Assembly (NCBI GenBank): GCA_048941625.1
Contig: JBHLNK010000006.1
Location: forward strand, 1,652-65,651
DNA from: Promethearchaeota archaeon
Lineage (GTDB): Archaea > Asgardarchaeota > Lokiarchaeia > Sigyniarchaeales > SOKP01
Direction: 5' to 3'
Length of the DNA stretch: 64,000 bases
The notes beneath the pieces were generated by a model, which was not told the DNA's origin, did no database searches, and saw only the letters and a program-made list of their open reading frames with translations. Numbering within the stretch: position 1 is the stretch's first letter; every line of letters begins with the position of its first letter. Below are positions 37,943-47,638 of this stretch, piece by piece. Made by a program: the position numbers and the translations under genes.

Positions 37943-39751
37943 ATGAGAGAAATCAATCAACATATGGGATTTATTTCCGAAATAATAGGATCTCTTATTA
38001 AAATAAAAGGTCTGGAAAATCATGTCCGACGTCATGATCTAATTAAAATACCAAAATATAATATTTTAGGCGAAATAATTCAGATTTATTCAGATCATAT
38101 AATTGCTCAGTGTTTTGAACCACTAACAAATATAAACTTAAACGAAGCAGTTATCACGCTTAATGAACCACTCTCCATGGAATTAGCTCCAGGAATTCTA
38201 GGGAATGTTTTCGATGGGATACAAAGACCTTTAGGAAGGCTTTTTAAAGATTTCTCTAATGGCAGATTAGAGAGGGGAATAAAATATCCAAGTCTTTCAA
38301 GGACAAAAAAATGGCATTTCATACCACTTAGAAAAAATAATGAGATTGTTTATGGAGGAGATATTGTGGGGACAGTTCATGAAACTTCATTTATTGAACA
38401 TAAAATAATGGTACCGCCATCCATTGAGGGAAAATTATCCTTTATTGCTCAAGAAGGAGATTATACTATTATTGATGAGATTTTTAAAGTAAAAAACAAA
38501 AATAAAGATCAAATTTTTACAATGCTCCAAAAGTGGCCAATTACCAAAAATCGTCCTTATAAAAGAAAAGAAAATCCTGATGAGCCTCTAATTACAGGCA
38601 TTAGAGTTATAGATTTGCTATTTCCTATTGCAAAAGGAGGAACAACTGCAATTCCAGGAGGTTTTGGAACAGGAAAAACAGTTATACAACAAATGATAGC
38701 TAATTGGTGTGATGCTGACATAATTGTATTTATTGGATGTGGGGAACCTGGTAATGAAATTGCAAATATTATGAAACAATTTTCAGAAAATCTAGATCAA
38801 AGCAGTGGCAAACCTTTATTAGAAAGAGTAATTCTTATTGTAAATACTTCTAATATGCCTGTATCTGCTCGAGAAGCAAGTCTCTTTTCCGGTGTCACAA
38901 TCGCAGAATATTTTCGAGATATGGGATATAATGTAACAGTTCTTGCAGACAGTACTTCGAGATGGGCAGAATCTTTAAGAGAAATTTCGGGATTACTAGA
39001 AGAAATGCCTGCTGAAGAAGGATATCCAGCATACTTACCCTCAAAACTATCTAGCTTCTATGAAAGAGCTGGTTTAGTAACCACTTTAGGAAAAGATCAT
39101 TTAGGGAAGGAAAGAAAAGGATCAGTTTCAATTGTTGGAACTATCTCCCCTCCCGCAGGTGATTTCAGTGAACCTGTAACAGCAACAACTAAACGTCTTG
39201 TTCAAGTTTTTTGGGCATTGGATCCTAATTTAGCATATTTAAAACATTATCCTGCTATTAATTGGTTGAACTCATATTCTAATTATCCTCAATTTATAAG
39301 TGAATGGTGGTATAATAGAGATATTGAATGGCCTGAGTTTGATTTTGACTGGTCTGAGTGTAGAAAACAAGTAAATGAAATCCTGTCAATGGAACAAGAT
39401 TTAAACCATGTAGTTCAGTTAATTGGAGAAAAAAACTTACCTGAAGAACAACGCTTGACTCTTTTTATTGCTAAAATGATTAAAAATGGTTTTCTTATCC
39501 AGAATGCTTATAATGATATAGATAATTTCACAAGTGTTAAAAAATTGTTAGCTACTATTAAACTGATTCTTTTAATTAAAAAAGAGGGTGAAAAGTTAAT
39601 AGAACAAGGGATATTGATTGAAAAATTTTTAGATCCAGATTTAATAAACTCAATTCTCCGAATAAGTCAGACTATCCCAAATCAAAACTTCAAAAAAATT
39701 GAAGAGATAAAATTTAAAATTCTAAAAAGAATAAGAGCAATAACTTTATAA
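37943..39751 (+). CDS. A-type ATPase subunit A paralogue (copy 2) with GEP in place of the GER catalytic motif
   Basis: Full-length colinear match to copy 1, including Walker [12 protein letters not shown] and Walker [33 protein letters not shown]. The motif reads [10 protein letters not shown], with the CCT Pro codon at 38747-38749. Confidence 0.9.
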   Translation: MREINQHMGFISEIIGSLIKIKGLENHVRRHDLIKIPKYNILGEIIQIYSDHIIAQCFEPLTNINLNEAVITLNEPLSMELAPGILGNVFDGIQRPLGRLFKDFSNGRLERGIKYPSLSRTKKWHFIPLRKNNEIVYGGDIVGTVHETSFIEHKIMVPPSIEGKLSFIAQEGDYTIIDEIFKVKNKNKDQIFTMLQKWPITKNRPYKRKENPDEPLITGIRVIDLLFPIAKGGTTAIPGGFGTGKTVIQQMIANWCDADIIVFIGCGEPGNEIANIMKQFSENLDQSSGKPLLERVILIVNTSNMPVSAREASLFSGVTIAEYFRDMGYNVTVLADSTSRWAESLREISGLLEEMPAEEGYPAYLPSKLSSFYERAGLVTTLGKDHLGKERKGSVSIVGTISPPAGDFSEPVTATTKRLVQVFWALDPNLAYLKHYPAINWLNSYSNYPQFISEWWYNRDIEWPEFDFDWSECRKQVNEILSMEQDLNHVVQLIGEKNLPEEQRLTLFIAKMIKNGFLIQNAYNDIDNFTSVKKLLATIKLILLIKKEGEKLIEQGILIEKFLDPDLINSILRISQTIPNQNFKKIEEIKFKILKRIRAITL

Positions 39752-39774
39752 AAAATAAATTTTGAAAAAGACTT

Positions 39775-40368
39775 CTATGGTTTAAACCACTCAAAAAAGT
39801 AATAGCTACATGTTAAAGGATTTGCAATTACAAACTTTTTTCTAACAGAAGTAGCTAAACGTCCTGCTCTAACCATATCAATTGCCGTAATCTCTGAATC
39901 ATGTGGTAAAACATGAACCATGAAAAGAGAATGTTCAAGTCCTGGTCCAAGACGATAAACTACAAAATCAGCACCAAATTTTAAACCAGGTCTAGGAATA
40001 TAACCTTTTTCTCGTAGATCTTTATAGATAACATATTTTTCATTGAATTTATGATGCTTTTCCATTGCTATACCATGAAATGTGTCTGGCGTTAAAAATT
40101 CATTACTCTTTACATCAAAAATAGTTATTTGATTCAATTCTAACAAATAATAAGCTTCAATAAGAGATAATTCACTTGGTTTGGAAAAATATTCTAATCT
40201 TGGTTTATGGATCCCTAAGGGAGACCCAAAAAAACCTTTTTTAACATATAAGTAGGAAGCATATAATGGATTGAAGACAATTACTCTAGAATTAATAAAT
40301 TTCGTTGGAATTTTATCTGGGACTTCAATATCATCAAGAGATATTTGCTCATTATTTGCTTGATTCAT
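39775..40368 (-). CDS. endA: tRNA-splicing endonuclease (tRNA-intron lyase)
   Basis: C-terminal catalytic domain LREKGYIPRPGLKFGADFVVYRLGPGLEHSLFMVHVL...SVRKKFVIA, carrying the Tyr/His/Lys catalytic pattern. Confidence 0.85.
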   Translation of the reverse strand: MNQANNEQISLDDIEVPDKIPTKFINSRVIVFNPLYASYLYVKKGFFGSPLGIHKPRLEYFSKPSELSLIEAYYLLELNQITIFDVKSNEFLTPDTFHGIAMEKHHKFNEKYVIYKDLREKGYIPRPGLKFGADFVVYRLGPGLEHSLFMVHVLPHDSEITAIDMVRAGRLATSVRKKFVIANPLTCSYYFFEWFKP

Positions 40369-40491
40369 TAATTAAGAGTTATTTTAAATAACTTAATAAA
40401 TCTTTCAATTTCTCTTAAATTTGATTAAATTATTTAAGCTCCAAAAATAATAAATTTAATATTGAAATATAAATGATCGGTGATTAGGATA

Positions 40492-41376
40492 ATGGTATTT
40501 AGGAAAGCAACTCATGCCGGTAGTTGGTATCCTGGGTCAAAAGAAGCTTTACTTGAAGCATTAAAAGATTATTTTACAGATACTAATTTCGGACCCTGTG
40601 AGGAACCTAAATTATCAAATAACGAAAGTAGAAATATTATTGGTGGTGTTTCTCCTCATGCAGGAATGGAATATTCAGGCCCCTGTGCAGCTTTTACTTA
40701 TTTAAATTTATTTAAGGAAAAAATTCCAGATTCTGTTATAATTTTGGGCACCGACCATTTAGGACATAGCAAAATCGCATTGATGGCAAAAGGAGAATGG
40801 GAGACTCCACTAGGAAACTTGAAAATTGATGAGGAATTATCAAATGCTATTCTTAATGAGAGCGAAATAATACAAGAAGACAACTCTCTCTTTATAGGAT
40901 CTTCTGAACAAGAACATAATATTGAAATTCAGCTACCCTTTATAAAATATTGTTCTCTTGAAAAAGAAGTGAAAATAGTAACGATAAAAATTGCTGGAAC
41001 CAGAAACTTTATGACAATGAATGATATATCAAATGATATTGCTAAAGCGATTGGTTCGATCAATAAAGATGTTGTTATTGTTGCATCTTCAGATATGTCC
41101 CATAAGCAGGTACTTAATTCAAAAGAGTTAAGTAAATTTAAAGAATTTGATTTTGCTGTAATAGATGAATTTGAAAAATTAAATCCAGAAAAAACACTTC
41201 AGAATGCTTTAAAAACTACAGTATGTGGTCCACAAACAATAACTACTTTGATGTTAATTAGTAAAAAGCTTAATGCAACTAAGGGTAAAATGTTGAAATA
41301 TTATACTAGTTCTGAAAGGACCGGGACTATAGGTGGGTATTGTGTAGGGTATTTTTCAGGAGTAACAATGCGATAG
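40492..41376 (+). CDS. MEMO1-family protein (AmmeMemoRadiSam system protein B)
   Basis: MVFRKATHAGSWYPGS..., VSPHAGMEYSG, GTDH, SSDMSH. The ATG at 40492 is preferred over the GTG at 40480 because GGTGA (40479-40483) lies 8 nt upstream. Confidence 0.8.
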   Translation: MVFRKATHAGSWYPGSKEALLEALKDYFTDTNFGPCEEPKLSNNESRNIIGGVSPHAGMEYSGPCAAFTYLNLFKEKIPDSVIILGTDHLGHSKIALMAKGEWETPLGNLKIDEELSNAILNESEIIQEDNSLFIGSSEQEHNIEIQLPFIKYCSLEKEVKIVTIKIAGTRNFMTMNDISNDIAKAIGSINKDVVIVASSDMSHKQVLNSKELSKFKEFDFAVIDEFEKLNPEKTLQNALKTTVCGPQTITTLMLISKKLNATKGKMLKYYTSSERTGTIGGYCVGYFSGVTMR

Positions 41377-41423
41377 ATACATCTAAATTAATATGAATAA
41401 TATTAAATAAGTTTTGAATTAAA

Positions 41424-42521
41424 ATGCCGGAAGAAAATGAAAAAGTTGAGGATTTTATAAGTTTATGGAAGAAAAAAATGGAAAGTAATGGTGAAAAACC
41501 TAGTGTAATTGGTGAAACTTTAGAGAAGATTAAAGAATTAGAAAATGAAAATAAGATGTTAAGAAGCAAAATTGAATCGAATATCGAATTAATAACTAAA
41601 ACTGAACAATTAGTAAGAAATACAATAGAAGAAAATGAACAATTGAAGAAACAAATTGAAACAAGAGGCAGTGTGGGTACAAGTAATCTCCAACAAAACA
41701 ATATTGAACTTAACAATAAAATTCTAAACCTAGAGAAGAATTTAGTTGAAAAAGAAGTAGAATTAAGAGGAAAGAGCAATGAAATAACCGAACTAAGAAA
41801 TAAATTAACTCAAGCTTCACAAGAAATTCAAAAAAAAGATTCTGAAACGAATCTCGGCCTTATTGAAGGTTTAAAATCAGATTTATCTAAAAAAGATCAG
41901 GAAATTGGTGATCTTAAAAACCAAATTAATGAATTGATAGAAGAAAATTCAGTCTTAAATCAACAGTTAATTGAAAAAATGAAAAAACTACCAATAGATT
42001 ATGTTGTTCCAGTAGAACAGCCGAAACCAACAGTGATTAAACCTCAATCATCAGAACCTTCTTCACACACTCTTGAAATATTATGCCAAGATCTTCAAAC
42101 CGATCTAAATAAATATAAGAAAATTGTTGATAATTTAACAAAAGAGAAAGGCGAACTTGAACAAGCTTTTAAAAATGGAGGTTTTCAATTAGAACCTGAG
42201 GAATTAAAAAGATTAAAAGTTGAAAATGAAAATCTTAAAAATGAAATTTCTCAAATACAAGACTCCTTAAAAAGAAAGCAGAAAGCAGAAGATTTAATGC
42301 CCCTAGTAAATAAAGCTGAAAAGAAAATAAGTGATCTTGAGAACCAGTTGAGAGAAAAAGATCATTTAATCGCAGAACTTAAAGTACAACAAACGAGTCA
42401 ACCATTAACTCCAAAAGGGCCAATGTCAGACTTAGTAGAAGAATTACAGAATACAATCAACAAATTAAAAATCACAATAGAAGAGAAAAATAAAATTATC
42501 GAACAACTTCAAGCATCCTAA
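41424..42521 (+). CDS. Long coiled-coil protein, function unknown
   Basis: 365 aa of heptad-rich E/K/L/N/Q sequence interrupted by a short P/S-rich linker (PVEQPKPTVIKPQSSEPSS). The stop abuts the next ATG (TAAATG). Confidence 0.5.
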   Translation: MPEENEKVEDFISLWKKKMESNGEKPSVIGETLEKIKELENENKMLRSKIESNIELITKTEQLVRNTIEENEQLKKQIETRGSVGTSNLQQNNIELNNKILNLEKNLVEKEVELRGKSNEITELRNKLTQASQEIQKKDSETNLGLIEGLKSDLSKKDQEIGDLKNQINELIEENSVLNQQLIEKMKKLPIDYVVPVEQPKPTVIKPQSSEPSSHTLEILCQDLQTDLNKYKKIVDNLTKEKGELEQAFKNGGFQLEPEELKRLKVENENLKNEISQIQDSLKRKQKAEDLMPLVNKAEKKISDLENQLREKDHLIAELKVQQTSQPLTPKGPMSDLVEELQNTINKLKITIEEKNKIIEQLQAS

Positions 42522-43508
42522 ATGAATAACCCTAATAAAGATCATGCTACCTTTCTTTTTGCGGGTCATTTTGCTATTGATCATACAATAAGATTTAAAT
42601 TAAAGCATAAACCTAGTCTAGGAGGGAGTGTGACATATTGTTCATTAGCTCTAAGTACCTATACTAAAGATGTTAATATTGGAATAATTTCTCACATTGG
42701 TACATTAAATTTCGATGAGTCATTACTAGATCTCATTAAATGTGCCAATATTGACTTAAAAGGAATCAAGTATTCACTAGTAAAAAACACTAATTTTATC
42801 TTAGACTATTTTGACCATGCCAGGAATTTAACCTTAAAATCAAGAAGTCCTAGCCTGAAATTTAAAGATATTCCTTTAGATTACCTAAATAATCCTCCCG
42901 ATAGCTTTGTACTTGTTCCTCTCTGCAATGAAATATCCTATGATTATGTTTTACAACTATTAAAAAAATTTCCTGATAGTCATATTGGGATAGATTTACA
43001 GGGATTTATCAGAAAGATAGATGATCAAGGGAAGGTTGCTTATATTTATGAGGAAAGTATTATTGATAATATGAAAAAAATTATTGATATAATCGGAGAT
43101 AAACTGATTTTGAAAGGATCCGAAGAAGAAATGCAATTACTTGCTGGAGAAACGAAAGATTATGAGAAAGTAATGAAATATTTCAATAAATATAACAACT
43201 ATGGTATTTATATTATGACTTTGGGTGATAAGGGTTCGATGCTTTTCAAGAAAGGAGAAAAAATCTTGAAAATCCCTGCATTCAAACCTAAGAAAGTCGT
43301 TGATGAGACAGGTGCTGGTGATGTATATCTATCAATATTTCTTTATGAATTCATTCATTCTGATAAATCTTGGAACTCAATTAAAGATGCTGCTTATTTA
43401 GCTTCTTCTTCTGCTTCATTTTTAATAGAAAAAAAAGGTCCTGCAGGTTTTGAAACAAAGATTGAAGTTTTAAAAAGAGTGAAAAAAAAGAAATATATTA
43501 TTTACTAG
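42522..43508 (+). CDS. PfkB/ribokinase-family carbohydrate or nucleoside kinase
   Basis: N-terminal GG motif (SLGGSVTY) and the C-terminal anion-hole/ATP motif DETGAGDVYLSIF. Confidence 0.8.
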   Translation: MNNPNKDHATFLFAGHFAIDHTIRFKLKHKPSLGGSVTYCSLALSTYTKDVNIGIISHIGTLNFDESLLDLIKCANIDLKGIKYSLVKNTNFILDYFDHARNLTLKSRSPSLKFKDIPLDYLNNPPDSFVLVPLCNEISYDYVLQLLKKFPDSHIGIDLQGFIRKIDDQGKVAYIYEESIIDNMKKIIDIIGDKLILKGSEEEMQLLAGETKDYEKVMKYFNKYNNYGIYIMTLGDKGSMLFKKGEKILKIPAFKPKKVVDETGAGDVYLSIFLYEFIHSDKSWNSIKDAAYLASSSASFLIEKKGPAGFETKIEVLKRVKKKKYIIY

Positions 43509-43525
43509 ACTTTTATAGATGTTTT

Positions 43526-44134
43526 ATGCATATCAATTCACATTTTGCTGTAGGGATTATTTTTGCTTCAATTTTGAATTTTTTTTTTAAATTCAACCTT
43601 TTTGATTTCTCTTTAATCGTTCTCTTCTCATTTATATGTGATTTTGATGTATTTTTTTCTAAATATGCAAAAGATCATAATCATAGGCTTTTAATTACTC
43701 ATTCTATAATTCCAAGTGTAATATTAATTATTTCTGGATATGTTATAGGTTGGCCAGCACTAATTATAAGTGGGTTTAATTACTTTCTTCATATCACTAT
43801 TGATACAATTGACTGGGGGACCAATTTCTTCTACTTCCAAAAAAAACAAATTGGTTTCAAACTTTTAATTACAAAAGAAGAATTTGAAAATATGCCTTTA
43901 TATTTAGCGAAATATAAAATTCCAGCATCATTTTTTGATGAAAAATATTATAAAAATAAGATTTGTTTAACAATCGAAATTCTGCTTTTTGTTATGATGA
44001 TAATTTTTCTATTTTGGTTTGCTTTACCATATAGCTTTCTAGTTTTTATTTATTTTATTGGTTTGTATTTTCATTTGCATCGTCATTATGTCCTGAAAAG
44101 AATCGAGAATACTGAAATAAACAACACCTTTTAA
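43526..44134 (+). CDS. Membrane-bound metal-dependent hydrolase-like protein (DUF457/YdjM-like)
   Basis: Conserved polar residues in a hydrophobic context: NSHFAVG, CDFDV, HRLLITHS, HITIDTIDW. Confidence 0.4.
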   Translation: MHINSHFAVGIIFASILNFFFKFNLFDFSLIVLFSFICDFDVFFSKYAKDHNHRLLITHSIIPSVILIISGYVIGWPALIISGFNYFLHITIDTIDWGTNFFYFQKKQIGFKLLITKEEFENMPLYLAKYKIPASFFDEKYYKNKICLTIEILLFVMMIIFLFWFALPYSFLVFIYFIGLYFHLHRHYVLKRIENTEINNTF

Positions 44135-44212
44135 TTAATAGGAATAAAATTTTTCAAAGAAATTGAATTTACTATACAAAAAATATTTCAATTAATTTAT
44201 TGTAGCATTAAG

Positions 44213-44731
44213 ATGAATCAAAATAATATTAAAACTTTTAACTGTGATTTAAATGATACTAATCTCTTCAGTTGTATCCTTGAAGAATTAGGAGAGGAAA
44301 ATGTTGTTAATTTATCAGAACCACCACAAATTGTTCAAGATAAAACTTTTATTAATTGCTTAAATGCCAGTTTAGTTAATTGTCTAAGAATTAATAGGGA
44401 AGAATTGGATTTTCCTAAAGTTCAATTAGAATTATCTCTAACTAAAGATGAAAATTGGCTTATTAAACAGGTTAATATTGTAGTTGATAAACAATTTGAT
44501 GATAATTTAATTTATGATAGGATTAATCAGTGTTTAAAATTTGTTAAAAAGGCGTGCAATACTGATGAGAAAATTAAATTTTCAATAATTAAATCAGAAA
44601 TTAAAGAAGATTTAAAGAATTATCAGGTTCAGTTGAGTGAACTAAATCAACTAATTAGACAAGTAAGAAAGGATGAATCTATAAAAGAGAAATTATTTTC
44701 ATTATTCAGAGATATTTCCTCAACAAAATAG
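44213..44731 (+). CDS. Divergent OsmC-like protein with a C-terminal helical tail
   Basis: Weak colinearity with the two downstream OsmC-like genes: TFNCDLNDTNL vs IFKCDLGKINM, INCLNASLVNCL vs VLGCLAASFAFC, RINQCLKFVKKAC vs RINQCKKFFEQYC. Confidence 0.35.
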   Translation: MNQNNIKTFNCDLNDTNLFSCILEELGEENVVNLSEPPQIVQDKTFINCLNASLVNCLRINREELDFPKVQLELSLTKDENWLIKQVNIVVDKQFDDNLIYDRINQCLKFVKKACNTDEKIKFSIIKSEIKEDLKNYQVQLSELNQLIRQVRKDESIKEKLFSLFRDISSTK

Positions 44732-44751
44732 AAAATTACAAATAATTTAAT

Positions 44752-45231
44752 ATGGTGATAATTATTTCAAATGAGATAAAGACAAAAGTAGGAATAAAAT
44801 TAGGTCAATCAGAATCTCAAATGATTTTTAAATGCAATTTAGGTGATATGAAGGTTAAAGATTGCTACATTGACGAAGAACATCACGAGGAAGTGGATAT
44901 GCTAGGTCCTAATCCTTCTAGGATGTTAGCGCTAGGTGTATTAGGGTGTTTGAGTGCCAGTTTTATTTTCTGCTTGAAAAAAAAAAATTTTACTGTAGAT
45001 GATTTTGAATCAGAAGCGGAGGTTACAATTTCTAGAAATGAAAAGGGTTTCTTAAGAGTGCAAAAAATTGATGTGAATATTGTCCCTAAAATAAAAGACC
45101 CTGAGACTCTTAAAAGAGCAAAACAGTGTTTAAAACCAGTGAAAGATGGAGTGAGCTTTTTTGAACAATATTGTATAGTAACACAATCAGTTAGATCTGG
45201 AATAGAGGTAAATGTTAATTTTAATTTTTAA
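44752..45231 (+). CDS. OsmC/Ohr-family protein (putative thiol peroxidase)
   Basis: GPNPSRMLALGVLGCLSASFIFC and C-terminal FEQYCIVTQSV, the two conserved Cys regions of OsmC. Confidence 0.65.
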   Translation: MVIIISNEIKTKVGIKLGQSESQMIFKCNLGDMKVKDCYIDEEHHEEVDMLGPNPSRMLALGVLGCLSASFIFCLKKKNFTVDDFESEAEVTISRNEKGFLRVQKIDVNIVPKIKDPETLKRAKQCLKPVKDGVSFFEQYCIVTQSVRSGIEVNVNFNF

Positions 45232-45308
45232 TTTCCTCTTTTCGAACTCTCAAAAACTTATAAAATTAATTTTTGTTATAATTAAAAATTCCAAAAAAAA
45301 GGATTTAT

Positions 45309-45746
45309 ATGTCTATTGAATTAAAATCTAAAGTTGGGTTAAAACAAGAAGAAGTAATGATATTCAAATGTGATTTGGGAAAAATTAATATGCATAACTT
45401 GTATATTGATGAAAATCACCAAAAAGAAACCGATAAAATAGGACCTTCTCCAACAAAGTTGTTAGCATTATCTGTTTTAGGTTGTTTAGCCGCTAGTTTT
45501 GCATTTTGTATCCAAAAAAAAAATCTTTTTTTATCAAATTTAGATGGAATAGCAACAGTTACAATTGCCAGAAATAACGAGGGTTTCTGGAGAATTAAAA
45601 AAATCGACACAAAGCTAATTGTTAAAACTAATGATCCTATTATCAAAAAAAGAATAAACCAATGTAAGAAATTCTTTGAACAGTACTGCATTATTTCAGA
45701 ATCAATTAGAAAAGGAATTGATTTAGATGTAATAATTGAAGATTGA
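45309..45746 (+). CDS. OsmC/Ohr-family protein (putative thiol peroxidase)
   Basis: GPSPTKLLALSVLGCLAASFAFC and FEQYCIISESI. Tandem paralogue of the preceding gene. Confidence 0.65.
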   Translation: MSIELKSKVGLKQEEVMIFKCDLGKINMHNLYIDENHQKETDKIGPSPTKLLALSVLGCLAASFAFCIQKKNLFLSNLDGIATVTIARNNEGFWRIKKIDTKLIVKTNDPIIKKRINQCKKFFEQYCIISESIRKGIDLDVIIED

Positions 45747-45750
45747 ATTA

Positions 45751-46749
45751 TTAGTCTACTATACCATCTTCTGTTATAGAAAATACAGTATCGTTTTCAG
45801 GGATATGTGGTGCATCTACTACCTTTGCAACCCGTTGTTCTCCTTTTCCTTTACGTAAAAAAATACGTATAGTTGCCCCATGGGCAACAATATGACCCCC
45901 AGTGTGAATTAATGGATTTCCATAAAAAACATCTGGTTTTGCAGACACTTGGTTTGTGTAAATAACTGCTAACTCATCATAAGTTTCTGTCAATCTTAAA
46001 AGATCGTGGATATGTGTATTTATAGCTTGTTGACGTGAAGCTAAAGTGCCCCTCCCTACATATTCACTACGAAAGTGGCCAATAAGTGAATCTACTACAA
46101 TAAGTTTAATATTTTTTTCTGTTATAATTTTTGGGGCTTCTTTGACTAATAAAATTTGATGATCACTATTGTAAGCCCTTCCAATTGTAATTTTTTTAAG
46201 CACTTGATTATGATCAAGATCTTTAGCGATAGCCATTTGGATTAATCTTTCTGGTCGAAAAGTTCCTTCGGTATCAATATATAACGCAGTACCTTCTAAT
46301 CCTCCTTCTTCATAAGGTAATTGAACATTTACACATAATTGATGAGCAAGCTGAGTTTTTCCAGTTCTATATTCCCCAAATAATTCTGTAACAGATCCGG
46401 GTTCAATACCACCAAGTAGTAACTCATCTAAGTTTCTGCTTCCCGTAGTTAATCTTTTTAAGGTTTTTCTTTTCTCCCAAATTTTATCGGCTGATTTAAA
46501 ACCCATTTTCTCAATATCTTGAGCAGCTTTAATGATCTTTTCTGCTGTTTTCTCCCCAATGCCTGCTTCATCCATTAACTTATTCAAAGGATACATAGCA
46601 AGATTTCTAATCGAGATAATACCTGCTTCTTTTAACTTTTTAACAGTTGCATCACCAACACCAGGTAAATCTTCTAAATTGTACGAAATCTCTTTTTTAG
46701 ATGATTCTGAATTGTTGGTACTATCTGATTCAGCCTTTTTTTTTGCCAT
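45751..46749 (-). CDS. radA: DNA repair and recombination protein RadA
   Basis: N-terminal HhH domain (LEDLPGVGDATVKKLKEAGI), Walker A GEYRTGKTQ, Walker B LIVVDSL. Confidence 0.95.
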   Translation of the reverse strand: MAKKKAESDSTNNSESSKKEISYNLEDLPGVGDATVKKLKEAGIISIRNLAMYPLNKLMDEAGIGEKTAEKIIKAAQDIEKMGFKSADKIWEKRKTLKRLTTGSRNLDELLLGGIEPGSVTELFGEYRTGKTQLAHQLCVNVQLPYEEGGLEGTALYIDTEGTFRPERLIQMAIAKDLDHNQVLKKITIGRAYNSDHQILLVKEAPKIITEKNIKLIVVDSLIGHFRSEYVGRGTLASRQQAINTHIHDLLRLTETYDELAVIYTNQVSAKPDVFYGNPLIHTGGHIVAHGATIRIFLRKGKGEQRVAKVVDAPHIPENDTVFSITEDGIVD

Positions 46750-46861
46750 TATGATACCTAAAGTATATGTTTTTTATATGAATTCCCAATAAATCTGATA
46801 TTTAACTAAATATAAAAATTATAATAAAAAGTTAATAGAGGATAAAAAAATTTAAATTATT

Positions 46862-47533
46862 TTACTTCGATTCTTGACCACTTCGCGTAATTAAAAGTAA
46901 TATAATGAATAAAATTACTGCAAATAGGAACGTTAATAGTCCAACAGGGGTACCAGTACCACCAATCCATACGTAATCTAAATATAGAAAGGGTACTATG
47001 AATAACGCAACGAAAACTATAACAATTGGTAATGGAACTTCCTCATCTTTTATGTCTAGAATTAACGGAACTATAATTAACATAATTAAGAATGTGGCAA
47101 GAAGTTTAAACCCTAAAGCTAATGATGCATCAACTACAGCAGAATGAATATTAGGTAACCAGAAAAACCAAAATAATTCTACAGGATCCGCTTGTAAAGC
47201 AGGAATAGATTGAGGTATAATAGCGCTAATGATTAATTGTATTAAAACTCCCAGAGCAAAATATAATAATATCTCATTTATTTCTTTTTCCTTTTTGCGA
47301 TAAACTCCAACAGTATCTCTTAATATTGCTGCAATCCAAAGTAAGAAAAGTAGTATATACATAAATACTGGGTCCCCTCCAATTGCCCAAAAGAAATTGA
47401 CTGGTGCTAAAGCTACAATATAGGCTAGGTATCCATATTTTTCATTTCTACCAAATAAATCAAACACTAAAAAAATCGTATAAATTATTGTTAGGGTTAT
47501 CAGAATTATAGTAGTGCTAATGTCAAATGCCAT
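46862..47533 (-). CDS. Polytopic membrane protein, function unknown
   Basis: Six to seven hydrophobic helices with no recognisable motif. Confidence 0.35.
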   Translation of the reverse strand: MAFDISTTIILITLTIIYTIFLVFDLFGRNEKYGYLAYIVALAPVNFFWAIGGDPVFMYILLFLLWIAAILRDTVGVYRKKEKEINEILLYFALGVLIQLIISAIIPQSIPALQADPVELFWFFWLPNIHSAVVDASLALGFKLLATFLIMLIIVPLILDIKDEEVPLPIVIVFVALFIVPFLYLDYVWIGGTGTPVGLLTFLFAVILFIILLLITRSGQESK

Positions 47534-47638
47534 GATAATATCAACTTTTTATTTACTTTTTTTGTAAGTATTATATTATTATATTATTAATTATATTTAT
47601 TTTAAATCTTAAACCCATATTATAGAGAAAATAATATA

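Noticed and set aside
37943-39751. The second atpA copy as a pseudogene or recent assembly duplication.
   Set aside because: The ORF is full length. Nucleotide divergence from copy 1 is extensive and is overwhelmingly synonymous in conserved blocks. That is incompatible with both a collapsed or duplicated assembly and neutral decay.
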